This document shows positions 29,144-38,641 of a DNA stretch of 64,000 nt, piece by piece. Every line of letters starts with the position of its first letter. Within the stretch, counting starts at the first letter, position 1. Made by a program: the position numbers and the translations under genes. Source of the DNA: an uncultured Desulfovibrio sp. (lineage in GTDB: Bacteria; Desulfobacterota; Desulfovibrionia; Desulfovibrionales; Desulfovibrionaceae); NCBI RefSeq assembly GCF_910584445.1, contig NZ_CAJUBO010000006.1:42240-106239 (forward strand). The letters run 5' to 3'. The notes under the pieces are model-generated. The model worked only from the letters and a program-made list of their open reading frames with translations. It ran no database searches and had not been told where the DNA came from.

Positions 29144-32100
29144 CTAACTGTTGCCGCTCAGTTGCTTGAGCTGGGCCTCAAGGGAGGTCTGCTGATCCCC
29201 GTACTGCTTGAGCAGGGTCTCCAGGTTGGCGAAGATCTGCTTCTGCCGCGATTCCCACATATCCAGACGCCGCTGCTCGCGCTCGATCTTGGCGTCGATG
29301 TTCTCCATGACGGTCATGTAGTTGTCGCGCAGGGACATGAGCGCGCCGTTCTTGGCCTTGAGCGCCATGGCATCCGCAATCTGGTCCGGCGTGGAATTGG
29401 ACGAGATGTTGACGTCGTTGAAGACCAGCTCGTCCTTGAGAAAGCTGTTGGTGGTCTGGACGAGCCCCTGCTTGATGCGGACATACATGGGTTCCTTGCC
29501 CGCCGGGGGATGCTCGCCGGGGGTGAGGTCGTCGATGAGGATGGAGAGACCGCGCGCATCGCCCGAGGCCACGCTGTAGTAATAGCCCGGCTGGCTTTCG
29601 TCGCGCTTGGCCTCCACACCGCCCACGGTGACGCTGGTGATGTTGCCGTCATCGTCGACTGTGTATCTGACCTCGTAGTTGCCGCCCTTGGTGATGCCCT
29701 CGACATGGCTGCCGTAGCGGAAGTCCGAACTCGTGGACGAACCTGTGCCGCTGGCGCAGAAGAAGTCCACCACGGCTTCCAGGTTGTTGGTGATCATGTT
29801 GGTATAGTTTTCCTTGTCCATGGACTGAAGTTCCGCAATGCTGGAACTGGGCGCCATGACAAGGAGACCGTAGGTATCGCTGTTCTGGTCCGTATCGGTC
29901 TTGATGCCGAGGTTGGCGAGGCTTGCCAGCACATCGCCGGAAAGGATGTCCGTGGCGGACTGGCGGCTCTTGAAGCCCGGCGGGGACGAGCTGAGCACGT
30001 TCGAAAAGCGCGACTTGAAAAGCTGGACGCCATAGTTGCCCTGGAGCAGGCCGCCCTTCTGGTTGGTCAGGCCCGAGGGGCTGTAGTTGTCCTTGCCGAT
30101 GTCGTCCGGGTCGTTGGACGTGACTTCCTTGGTCTCGTCATACTTGGTCAGCTCATTGATGGTCAGCAGGACGGAATTGACCGCGTCCAGAAAATTCTGG
30201 ATGGACTGCTCCACCGAGGTGATGTCCGTGCTCACGGAAATGCGGGCGTCACCCACATCCTGGATGGTAAAGACCACGCCCTCGATGACATCGCTGATCT
30301 TGTTGGTGGCCGACTCCATCTCGACGGGCCAGTTGTCCACCTGATAGCGGGAATTGGCCGCGCGCTGGATATTCCAGTTGGAACTTGTCGCCACCTGTCC
30401 GGTGACGCCGGGTCCTGTCGCCGTCTGGACATTGCCGAAATTCAGATAGACCGGGCCGTCGATGTCGTCCAGAGAAAGCGGATTCCCGGCATCATCCACA
30501 TATTCCTTGCCGTCGGCATCCGTGAACTTCACGGAAAAGTCCGCCGGGGCGGCGACAGAATTTTTGTTCGCGTCCGTCCAGGACCAGCCGGGATTGGCGG
30601 GGTCTTTCAGAGCGGCGAGCACGTCCTTCATGGACTGGCCGGATGCCAGGGTCAGCGTGCCCTTGACCCCGCTGTTGGTGGTGATGGAATAGACAAGGTC
30701 CGGCGTTTTCTCCAGCTGGAAGTCGCCCGTGGCGGGATCCGTGAAAAAGAGGTCGCCCTTGGAAGTCGGACCGGTATTGCCGTTGACGGCCGCGATGGTG
30801 GTGGTGGCCGAGAGGCTTGTGGTATAGCCTTCGGGCGTGACCGCGCCCGATGTGACCTTGATGCTCTGGATGCCGTCCATGGCGAGGGTGCCCGCATCCT
30901 CATCCCAGGAGACTGTGATGCCCTTTCCGGCCCAGGTGACGGCATTGCCGTCGCCATCCACCAGGCCCGTGCCGTTCTGGATGGCGTCGCGCAGTTGCTC
31001 ATTGGTCATGGAGCCATTCAGCCCCTTGAGGTAGAGCGCCTCGCCCGAATCCGTGATCAGGGTATAGACCAGGTCCTCGGCGTCCTCCCCGGCCTTCTTG
31101 CCGTCGATGCGGTCAGCGAGCTTGTCCTTGGCGAAGGTCAGGGTGGTCGTGGCGTCCACGGTGCCGCCGAGCGTGTCCCTGACGCCCGTGGACTCCGTGG
31201 TTTCGGCCGTAAGGGCCGAGGCATTCAGCGCAGCGCCGTTCTGCGCCTCAAAGGTCACGCCCTTGACGCCGGAGAGCCTGGTGCCCCAGCCGCCCGCGCC
31301 GAGGCCGATGTCCAGGCTGCCGCCGTCCTGCGTGGCCTGCGCCATCTGGACGAGCAGCTCGCGCTTGGTGGACCCGGCCTTGATCTCAAACGTGCGCGTG
31401 CTGCCGTCATCCATCTCCATGGTGAAGGTGATGAGGTCGTCGTCACCAAGGCCCCCGGCCAGGCCGCCCGCAGCGTTGAGCTTGTCCTTGAGGTCGCCCG
31501 CAAGCGTCACCTGGGTGGAGGCGGGCACATAGGCATTTTCCTTGTCCGTACGCCTGCTGATGGACTGGACGCCGGAGACGGTGAGCGTGCCGTTTTCGTC
31601 CACGGACGCCGTGATGACGCCCTTGCCCGCGGCGTTCTCCAGGGCGGTGCACAGCTCGTCGGGCGTCTTGTCGCCGCTCACGGTCACGGTTTTTTTGACG
31701 CCGTTGGCAAGCACGAGGTCAAAAACATAGTTCGTGGGGGCGGTCATGGTCTTGTCGAGGTCGAGGGCGGCATTGGTCTGCCAGGTGGAGGTCGACCCGG
31801 TGGCGTCCATGCCCACAAGCTTGCTGTCATGGATGACGAGGTCGTTGGCGGCGCCCGTGTCCTTGCCCGCCACCTGGAAAACATAGCCGGAACCCGTCTG
31901 GATGAGGCTGACCTTGATGCCCGGATTCTCCGACGAATTGTTGATCATGCTGACGAAGGAATCCAGCGTGGTGTTGGGGGGCACCTTGAAGTCATGACGC
32001 TTGCCCGCATAGGTATAACTGAAATACTGGTCCGCACCCGTGGTGTTGATGACGTCGTTCTTGGACGCGAACACATGGCCGGTATTGGCCCATATGGAAT

Positions 32101-32434
32101 TGCTCGCCACCTGGCTCACCTTGATGGTGTGCTGGACATCCTGGGCCGAGGCGTTGGCGACGGCGGAAATGATATTGTCATTGCTCGAATTGACGAGCTT
32201 GGTGACAAAATTGTTCTTGTCGCTCAGTTGCGAGAGCATGCTGCTGGCGGCCTGGATCTGCTCGATGATCTGGGTGAAGCCGTCATAGCGGAGTTTCCAG
32301 TCGCTTTTCCAGGCTTCCAGGCGGTTCAGCTGGGTGGATTCTATCTTCTTGAGCTGCGTCAATACCTTGTCAAAATCGGTATCGTTGCCGCTCAGGCCGG
32401 AAATGGCGTTGGAACCGGAGATACTGATGCCCAT
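29144..32434 (-). CDS. fliD: Flagellar filament cap protein FliD, unusually long (about 1097 aa)
   Basis: N-terminus MGISISGSNAISGLSGNDTDFDKVLTQL and a C-terminal coiled region (QRRLDMWESRQKQIFANLETLLKQY) match the FliD termini. ATG 32434 has a GAGAGG RBS. Confidence 0.85.
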   Translation of the reverse strand: MGISISGSNAISGLSGNDTDFDKVLTQLKKIESTQLNRLEAWKSDWKLRYDGFTQIIEQIQAASSMLSQLSDKNNFVTKLVNSSNDNIISAVANASAQDVQHTIKVSQVASNSIWANTGHVFASKNDVINTTGADQYFSYTYAGKRHDFKVPPNTTLDSFVSMINNSSENPGIKVSLIQTGSGYVFQVAGKDTGAANDLVIHDSKLVGMDATGSTSTWQTNAALDLDKTMTAPTNYVFDLVLANGVKKTVTVSGDKTPDELCTALENAAGKGVITASVDENGTLTVSGVQSISRRTDKENAYVPASTQVTLAGDLKDKLNAAGGLAGGLGDDDLITFTMEMDDGSTRTFEIKAGSTKRELLVQMAQATQDGGSLDIGLGAGGWGTRLSGVKGVTFEAQNGAALNASALTAETTESTGVRDTLGGTVDATTTLTFAKDKLADRIDGKKAGEDAEDLVYTLITDSGEALYLKGLNGSMTNEQLRDAIQNGTGLVDGDGNAVTWAGKGITVSWDEDAGTLAMDGIQSIKVTSGAVTPEGYTTSLSATTTIAAVNGNTGPTSKGDLFFTDPATGDFQLEKTPDLVYSITTNSGVKGTLTLASGQSMKDVLAALKDPANPGWSWTDANKNSVAAPADFSVKFTDADGKEYVDDAGNPLSLDDIDGPVYLNFGNVQTATGPGVTGQVATSSNWNIQRAANSRYQVDNWPVEMESATNKISDVIEGVVFTIQDVGDARISVSTDITSVEQSIQNFLDAVNSVLLTINELTKYDETKEVTSNDPDDIGKDNYSPSGLTNQKGGLLQGNYGVQLFKSRFSNVLSSSPPGFKSRQSATDILSGDVLASLANLGIKTDTDQNSDTYGLLVMAPSSSIAELQSMDKENYTNMITNNLEAVVDFFCASGTGSSTSSDFRYGSHVEGITKGGNYEVRYTVDDDGNITSVTVGGVEAKRDESQPGYYYSVASGDARGLSILIDDLTPGEHPPAGKEPMYVRIKQGLVQTTNSFLKDELVFNDVNISSNSTPDQIADAMALKAKNGALMSLRDNYMTVMENIDAKIEREQRRLDMWESRQKQIFANLETLLKQYGDQQTSLEAQLKQLSGNS

Positions 32435-32608
32435 GCGTGCCTCTCGCCGTGAAAAATTCTGCCCCGCCCGGGGCCGGAATGCGGAAAACTTTGCTTGCCG
32501 GATTTGATGCAAGATCCGTGCAAGCGCGTATTCCCTTCCGGCCAAAACCGGGACGGCCCGGCGCGATCCGCCCAGGCATCGGCAAGGGGCGGGGCGCCTC
32601 TTTCAGAA

Positions 32609-32636
32609 CGATCGGCATCTGCAAGAAAAAGTTTAG
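32609..32636 (-). promoter_or_regulatory. Sigma-28 (FliA) type promoter for fliD-fliS
   Basis: Minus strand reads TAAA-N15-GCCGATCG against the consensus TAAA-N15-GCCGATAA, about 175 nt upstream of the fliD ATG. Confidence 0.55.
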
Positions 32637-32692
32637 ACCCTTTCAAGCATTGCGGCGACGCAGAGGCATGAGGCGAACAACGGCGCGGCGCC

Positions 32693-33364
32693 TCAGGGCC
32701 GCATGAACTCCTGCCAGCGCGCAAGCAGCGCGGCGGCGGCCCGGCCGCGGTGACTGCGGGCAGTTTTTTCCTCCCGCGTAAGTTCGGCGGCCGTCCGGCC
32801 GATGGCGGGGTCAAAAAAGACGGGGTCATAACCGAACCCGTTCGTTCCGCGAGGGGCCGTGAGGAGTCGCCCCGGCCACTCGCCGCGGACGCAAAGCTCC
32901 CGGCCGTCGGGCCGCACCGCCGCCATGACCGAGACAAAACGACAGGCGCGCCGCTCCGCGGGCACCTCGCGCAGGGCATGCAGCAATTTGCGGATATTGC
33001 GCCGGTCGCGGTCCTCGCCGGGAAGCAGGTCCCAGTCGTCCGCATAGCGGGCGGAATGGATGCCGGGCGCGCCGCCGAGCGCCTCCACCACAAGGCCGGA
33101 ATCATCGGCGACGCTGACGAGTCCGGTAGCCAGGGCCACAGCGCGCGCCTTGATGAGGGCGTTTTCCTCGAACGTGGCGCCATCCTCCGCGATCTCGCCA
33201 ATACCGGGAAAGCTCTCCAGCCCGACCAGGGCAACGCCAAATGCCCCCAAAGGGGCCGCCAGCTCGGCGATCTTCCCCGCATTGCGCGTGGCAAGCACCA
33301 CGCGCGGCAGGGCGCCTTCCGAAAAAGCCGCCCCCTCAGGCGTCACGTTCCGTTCCATCCGCAT
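32693..33364 (-). CDS. rdgB: Non-canonical purine NTP pyrophosphatase (RdgB/HAM1)
   Basis: VVLATRNAGKIAEL, DDSGLVVEALGGAPGIHSARY and FGYDPVF. Start uncertain (ATG 33364 or 33358, or GTG 33301). The longer forms overlap the end of the EamA gene. Confidence 0.85.
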   Translation of the reverse strand: MRMERNVTPEGAAFSEGALPRVVLATRNAGKIAELAAPLGAFGVALVGLESFPGIGEIAEDGATFEENALIKARAVALATGLVSVADDSGLVVEALGGAPGIHSARYADDWDLLPGEDRDRRNIRKLLHALREVPAERRACRFVSVMAAVRPDGRELCVRGEWPGRLLTAPRGTNGFGYDPVFFDPAIGRTAAELTREEKTARSHRGRAAAALLARWQEFMRP

Positions 33365-34286
33365 TTTCCGTTTTTCCTTTTTTGGTTGTGGAAGAAGCGG
33401 CGTGCCGGGGCCAGGTCGCCGCGAGGATCCCGCCGATGACCAGGCAACCGCCCATGATCTGGGCCTCGGTCACGCGTTCGCCAAGCACAAGGAAGGAGCC
33501 GGCCGCCGCGAAAAGCGGCAGGCTGTAATAGACCATGCCGGCCCGCACCGGGCCGATCCTGTCCACGGCAAGCGTCCAGAGCCAGAACGACAGGAAGGAG
33601 CAGCCCACGCCCGTATAGAGGATGCTGATGAGGACGGCCGGCCCCGGTTCCGGCAGCGGCAAAAGACAGGCCTCGGCCACGGTGAACGGCAGGGAAAAGA
33701 GCAGCCCCAGAAAAAAGGTCGCCACGTTGAACCCCAGGGCCGAAACATCATGGGAACGGCGGCGCATGAAGAGCGAATACAGCCCGAAGCAGAACGCCCC
33801 GCCCAGCGCCCACACGTCGCCACTGGTGAAGCGCAGGTGCGCGAGCCGGTCCCAGTCCCCCCTGCTCACGAGCAGGCACACGCCGCAGATGACAAGGAAC
33901 ATGCCCGCCAGACGCCGCGCCGTGATGGGTTCGCCATAGAGCAGGCGCGAAAAAACAAGGATGACAATGGGCGCCGTGGGTACGAGCAGGGCCATGTTCA
34001 GGCTGGTGGTCGTCTGGCCGGCCTTGTAGATGAGGGTATTCATGAGGGTGACGCCGAGAAGCGCCATCAGCGCGAGATAGGCCCAATGCCTGCGGATGCC
34101 GGGCCAGTCCGCGCGCAGCCCTCTCCAGGCGAACGGCAGGATGACCGCCAGCGCCACGAGCCAGCGCCAGAAATTGCACTGCCACGGCGGAATGAGCGCC
34201 GCCACGGCCCGCGCCACCACAAAGTTGCCGGACCAGATCACCGTGGCGAGCAACGCGCTGCCATAGCCAAGAAAGCCCTGCCCCAT
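33336..34286 (-). CDS. EamA/DMT family transporter
   Basis: 10-TM pattern with two EamA halves. ATG 34286 has an AAGGAAG RBS. The 124-aa upstream ORF extension was discarded. Confidence 0.8.
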   Translation of the reverse strand: MGQGFLGYGSALLATVIWSGNFVVARAVAALIPPWQCNFWRWLVALAVILPFAWRGLRADWPGIRRHWAYLALMALLGVTLMNTLIYKAGQTTTSLNMALLVPTAPIVILVFSRLLYGEPITARRLAGMFLVICGVCLLVSRGDWDRLAHLRFTSGDVWALGGAFCFGLYSLFMRRRSHDVSALGFNVATFFLGLLFSLPFTVAEACLLPLPEPGPAVLISILYTGVGCSFLSFWLWTLAVDRIGPVRAGMVYYSLPLFAAAGSFLVLGERVTEAQIMGGCLVIGGILAATWPRHAASSTTKKGKTENADGTERDA

Positions 34287-34446
34287 GGTTCTTCCTTTTT
34301 TCGCGCAACGGGACATGGTCCCTTTGCCCGAACCTGGCCCCGCTGTCAATGAAGGAAAGGCCGGTAGCGCGCAACCCTTTGCGAAACAGTGGAAAAGGCG
34401 GTACGTATCAGGACAAGACCTACGCAACCTGAACAAGGGGGATCCC

Positions 34447-34935
34447 ATGGAAGGCGCCAGGAATGGGCCGGGCACAAAGCCCGGGGCACCTGTGTGGAAA
34501 TTGCTGTTCAGCGGCCTGGTCATCGGCGTCATCCTTGCCGGGGTGTTCGCCTGGGCGCTGAACGCCACGGACCAGCGGCAGTTCTGCGCCTCCTGCCATA
34601 TCATGCGCGAGGCGGCGGTAACGCAGAAACTCGGCATGCACGCCAAACTTTCCTGCAACGAATGTCATGCCCCGCATGCGCTGCTCGCCAAGATCCCCTT
34701 CAAGGCCGAAGCGGCCATGGAAGATGTCCTCGGCAATATCCAGGGCAGGGATGTTCCGATCCCGCCGGCCAAAAAGCATCGTGACATCGTCAACCAGAAC
34801 TGCATCAACTGCCACGCGCCGGTCAATGCGAAGGTCGCGAGCATGGCCGTGAAACCCTATTGCACGGACTGCCACAGAAGTGTCGCGCACATGCGCCTGA
34901 ATCCCATAAGCGAAAGGACGGTGGGCTATGAGTAG
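34447..34935 (+). CDS. nrfH: Cytochrome c nitrite reductase small subunit NrfH (tetrahaem NapC/NirT family)
   Basis: N-terminal TM helix and four CxxCH motifs (CASCH, CNECH, CINCH, CTDCH). Confidence 0.9.
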   Translation: MEGARNGPGTKPGAPVWKLLFSGLVIGVILAGVFAWALNATDQRQFCASCHIMREAAVTQKLGMHAKLSCNECHAPHALLAKIPFKAEAAMEDVLGNIQGRDVPIPPAKKHRDIVNQNCINCHAPVNAKVASMAVKPYCTDCHRSVAHMRLNPISERTVGYE

Positions 34936-36505
34936 AAAAGGTTTGTCACTGGCGACCATTGCTCTCGCGGCGCTTCTCGTCTGCGGCTGCGATGATGTCA
35001 ATACCGACCTGAAGGCGCCCACCTACAAGACCGGCATCAATCCGGACAATATCAGCATGTCCGCCTTCAAGGAGCAGTTCCCCAACCAGTATGAAACCTA
35101 CATGTGGAACAACCGTGACAAGGAGATGACCGTTTACAAGGGTTCCATCCCCTATCACAAGAACGACAATGTGGATCCCCTGCCCGTCGGCTACAAATAC
35201 GCGCAGCCCTACCTCAAGAATCTGTGGCTCGGCTATCCGTTCATGTACGAGTACAACGAGACCAGGGGGCACACCCGCGCCATCGAGGATTTCGTCAATA
35301 TCGACCGCATCAACCGCTATGCGGAAAAGGGCGGCCTGCCGGCCACCTGCTGGAACTGCAAGACCCCCAAGATGATGGACTGGGTCAGGGAATACGGCGA
35401 CCAGTTCTGGTCCAAGGACGTCAACAGCTTCCGCGCGCCCGACAAGGTCAGCGAGACCCAGAACTCCATTTCCTGCGCCACCTGCCATGACCCGGCCACC
35501 ATGGAGCTTCGCCTCTATTCCGTGCCGTTGCAGGACTGGCTGAAGCGTTCCGGCCGCGACTGGAGCAAGATCTCGCGCAACGAAAAGCGCAGCCTCGTCT
35601 GCGCCCAGTGCCATGTGGAATACTATTTCACGGCCAAGGGCAACGGACCCGCCGCCAAGCCCGTGTTTCCCTGGGACAATGGCTATGGTCCCGAAGACAT
35701 GTACCAGTACTACAAGAGCCACGGCCCCAAGAATGCCGAGGGCAAGGAAGGCCCGTTCGTGGACTTTGTGCATGCCGCGTCAAAGACGCCCATCATCAAG
35801 ATGCAGCACCCCGACTACGAAACGTGGATCGACGGCCCGCACGGTTCGGCCGGTGTCGCCTGCGCCGACTGCCACATGCCCTACATGCGCCAGGGCGGCC
35901 AGAAGTTCTCCAGCCACTGGATGACCTCGCCGCTCAAGGACCCGGAACTGCGCGCCTGCCGCCAGTGCCATTATGACAAGACGCCCGAATACCTCAAGGG
36001 CCGCGTCATCTATGTGCAGGAGCGGACCTACAGGCAGCTGCTCAAGGCGCAGGAAGCCTCGGTGCGCGCGCATGAGGCCATCCGTCAGGCGAGCCTCTGG
36101 GAAGGCGCGAAGTCGCCCGACTATGACAGGCTCATGGCCGAAGCGCGTGAAATCAACAGAAAGGGACAGCTTTTCTGGGACTACGTTTCAGCGGAAAACA
36201 GCGTGGGCTTCCACAATCCCACCAAGGCGCTGGATACCCTGATGACCTCCATGGAATGCAGCCAGAAGGCCGTTGAACTGGCCGAAGCCGCCACCAATTA
36301 CGGCATCTCGCCCATCATGGCGAGGGACATCAAGGAACTGGTGCCCCCGATCCTCAAGATGAGCCGCAAGCTCCAGCAGGACCGCGAGTTCCTGGACAAG
36401 AACCCCTGGACCCGCATCCTGCCCACGCTGCCCGAGGCGCCTCAGGTCTGGTTCGGGCAGGAGTACAAGCCCGCAGGCCAGCAGGAGGCGGCTGCCGCCA
36501 AGTAG
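34928..36505 (+). CDS. nrfA: Cytochrome c nitrite reductase catalytic subunit NrfA (pentahaem)
   Basis: Active-site CWNCK plus CATCH, CAQCH, CADCH and CRQCH. 8-nt overlap with nrfH. Confidence 0.93.
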   Translation: MSRKGLSLATIALAALLVCGCDDVNTDLKAPTYKTGINPDNISMSAFKEQFPNQYETYMWNNRDKEMTVYKGSIPYHKNDNVDPLPVGYKYAQPYLKNLWLGYPFMYEYNETRGHTRAIEDFVNIDRINRYAEKGGLPATCWNCKTPKMMDWVREYGDQFWSKDVNSFRAPDKVSETQNSISCATCHDPATMELRLYSVPLQDWLKRSGRDWSKISRNEKRSLVCAQCHVEYYFTAKGNGPAAKPVFPWDNGYGPEDMYQYYKSHGPKNAEGKEGPFVDFVHAASKTPIIKMQHPDYETWIDGPHGSAGVACADCHMPYMRQGGQKFSSHWMTSPLKDPELRACRQCHYDKTPEYLKGRVIYVQERTYRQLLKAQEASVRAHEAIRQASLWEGAKSPDYDRLMAEAREINRKGQLFWDYVSAENSVGFHNPTKALDTLMTSMECSQKAVELAEAATNYGISPIMARDIKELVPPILKMSRKLQQDREFLDKNPWTRILPTLPEAPQVWFGQEYKPAGQQEAAAAK

Positions 36506-36531
36506 GGCCTTGCCCGGATACAACGCCATCA

Positions 36532-36564
36532 GGGGAGTCCGCGGCCGCGGACTCCCCTTTTTTG
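36532..36564 (+). terminator. Rho-independent terminator after nrfA
   Basis: GGGGAGTCCGCGGCCGCGGACTCCCC followed by TTTTTTG. Confidence 0.8.
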
Positions 36565-36568
36565 TATG

Positions 36569-36609
36569 AAAAAAAACGTGCCCGAGCGGGAAATCTGCCC
36601 CGGCACGTT
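36569..36609 (-). terminator. Rho-independent terminator for the converging minus-strand gene
   Basis: Minus strand: AACGTGCC, loop, GGCACGTT, followed by TTTTTTTT. Confidence 0.6.
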
Positions 36610-36618
36610 CTCATTTAG

Positions 36619-36670
36619 AACATTTTGCTGAGGAAAATATCTGCAAGACAGATATTTTCCCTCAAAAAAA
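36619..36670 (+). repeat. AT-rich hairpin repeat, copy D (minimal form)
   Basis: AACATTTTGCTGAGGAAAATATCTGCAAGACAGATATTTTCCCTCAAAAAAA. About 41 of 45 nt match copy C (3868-3912). Confidence 0.7.
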
Positions 36671-36672
36671 GT

Positions 36673-37656
36673 CTACCGTTTGCGACCGTCATCTGCACGG
36701 ACAGGGGGCGCGTTCTCCACAAACAACCAGAAGAGCGCGCCGCGTTCCACAGGCTTGAGTTCGCCATCCGGACCCTTGAGCGGCTCCCCGGCGGCAAGGG
36801 CTTCGCAGCACCACCAGCCTGGCTGGGCGAGCACGAAGGAAAACTCGCCTGCGGCATTGCTCACTCCGGCCAGTTCTCCATGCCAGGGCGTGGGCACAGC
36901 CGCTCCATCCGCGTTGATGCGTACCATCCGCACCGGCGTGCCCGCGAGAGGCTTGCCATCCAGAAGGATGCGGCCAGCAAAGAGGGCCGGCGCGGTCAGC
37001 CCAAAAGGTCTTATCAGGGGAAGGATTTCAAAGCTCTGGCCGCACGGTTCATTCCAGCCACGGTCCACCCCGTGGACAGGCAGCGTTACCTTGACCTGAT
37101 GCCGCAGAAAGGTCTGACGGTCTTCGTCCCACCAGGGACGTCCTTCCAGGAGAAACTGATAGAGGCCCGGTTTGTCCAGGGCCACATTGGCGCCCCACGC
37201 CTTTTGGTCCAGATAGCGGATCTCTTCGACATCGCCAAGCAGGTCCCGCCGTTCCGGCTGCGCGCCGCCCTGTGGAGCGGCAGCGTCGGCATCATGCCGC
37301 AGCACGGCGAAAAGCTGCGGCATGTCCACGGCCACGGCTGCATGCAGGGCCGGACGCATCATGGAAAGCAGGACATCCACCTCTTCCTGGATCGCGGCAT
37401 CTTTGAGGGCAGCGCCCGGCTCCTCTGTTTTTGCGGCATTCCTGCCGGCGGTTTTCTCTCCGGGTTTTTGCCGGGCGTCCTTCCCGGCCTGCATGTCGGG
37501 CAGGCTGACGATCTGCCGGCTCGGCACCACCAGGGTGAGCGGCGCATCGGCGCGCGCCGGAACGCCCGCAAACGAAAAAGACATGCACAGCGCCACAGCC
37601 ATTCCCTGTCCGCGGAACTGCCACAACCACGCGAAAAAATACCGGATGACGCGCAT
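36673..37656 (-). CDS. Secreted DUF4198-like protein (putative periplasmic metal-uptake accessory protein)
   Basis: Signal peptide. C-terminal half (FEILPL...FAGRILLDGKPLAGTPV) resembles DUF4198. The assignment is tentative. Confidence 0.5.
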   Translation of the reverse strand: MRVIRYFFAWLWQFRGQGMAVALCMSFSFAGVPARADAPLTLVVPSRQIVSLPDMQAGKDARQKPGEKTAGRNAAKTEEPGAALKDAAIQEEVDVLLSMMRPALHAAVAVDMPQLFAVLRHDADAAAPQGGAQPERRDLLGDVEEIRYLDQKAWGANVALDKPGLYQFLLEGRPWWDEDRQTFLRHQVKVTLPVHGVDRGWNEPCGQSFEILPLIRPFGLTAPALFAGRILLDGKPLAGTPVRMVRINADGAAVPTPWHGELAGVSNAAGEFSFVLAQPGWWCCEALAAGEPLKGPDGELKPVERGALFWLFVENAPPVRADDGRKR

Positions 37657-37873
37657 GACCTGTCCTCATTCGCTTCGCACGTCCATACCGCATTCCCGGC
37701 CACCGGGTCTGCGCAGGGAAAAGGAAGGATAGCAAAAAGCCCGTTCCCTGTCATGTGCCCGCCACGCCGCTCCATCCGCGCCGCAGCCGCGCCTGCGCCA
37801 GACACGGCGCAGCTTCCGGCCTGTCCGCTCCTCTCCCCTCGCCAGAAAAAGAAGCCGCGCATGCAGGCATCTC

Positions 37874-38641
37874 TCAGGCGATCACACGCGGCGTCCGGCC
37901 AATCACCAGCGCGCACACCTCGGCGGCGCCGGACCCGAGCAATGTTTGTGCAGCCTCCCGCAGCGTGCTTCCCGTGGTCATGACATCATCGACAAGCCAA
38001 ATACGCATTCCCGACACGGGAGCGGCGACGCCGAAAACGCCACGGACAGTAGCGGCGCGAAGTTGCGCGTTCAGTGACGATTGGGGAGCACTGTCGCACC
38101 TGCGGACAAGGATATCCGGCCGAAACGGGATATGCGTGGCCGCATGCAGGGCACGGGCCAGCTCGTGGGCCTGATTGAAGCCGCGACGGCGAAGGTGCGC
38201 CGGATGCTGCGGCATGCCCACCAGAACGTCCGGCGCCGGCAGGCACAGGGCGGCATTTTCCAGCCACCCTGCCAGCAGACGCCCCAGCGCAAGCTCCCCG
38301 CCAAACTTGAAACGCAAGACAAGGTCCCGGAGGGCGCCTTTGTACACTCCATGATAGGCCAAAGCGCGCCATGGCGGTCGACGGGCGAGGCAGGCGCCGC
38401 AGGGTGGCGTCGCGCCGCCAACGGACGCTGCCGCCCCAGCGGGAAAGGGAAACCCGCACAACGGGCAGCGCGGGCCGGTGAAAGGCGTCAGGAGTTTCCC
38501 GCATTCCGGGCAGAGCGGCAGTGAACCGTCGCCACCGGACATTTCCGTCACCGAAGGGGAAAACGGACGCAAGCAACAGGAACAACGTATCTCGTCCAGC
38601 CCGAGAAGCCCCAGCCAGCGGCGCAAAGGCCCGACGGTCAC
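37874..38641 (-). CDS. ComF family phosphoribosyltransferase-domain protein
   Basis: N-terminal Cys-rich zinc-finger region (CPECG..CPLCG..CGAC) and PRTase motif IWLVDDVMTTGST. GTG 38641 overlaps the upstream stop (GTGA). Confidence 0.75.
   Translation of the reverse strand: MTVGPLRRWLGLLGLDEIRCSCCLRPFSPSVTEMSGGDGSLPLCPECGKLLTPFTGPRCPLCGFPFPAGAAASVGGATPPCGACLARRPPWRALAYHGVYKGALRDLVLRFKFGGELALGRLLAGWLENAALCLPAPDVLVGMPQHPAHLRRRGFNQAHELARALHAATHIPFRPDILVRRCDSAPQSSLNAQLRAATVRGVFGVAAPVSGMRIWLVDDVMTTGSTLREAAQTLLGSGAAEVCALVIGRTPRVIA

Noticed and set aside
28493-32452. 1319-aa ORF on the plus strand
   Set aside because: It is entirely antisense to fliD/fliS, which carry clear family motifs. Its composition is Gly/Arg/Asp/Val/His-rich with no motifs, typical of a GC-shadow ORF.
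34287-34658. 124-aa N-terminal extension of the EamA transporter ORF
   Set aside because: The extension runs through the nrfH promoter region and start. The internal ATG at 34286 has a strong AAGGAAG RBS and gives a normal-length DMT protein.
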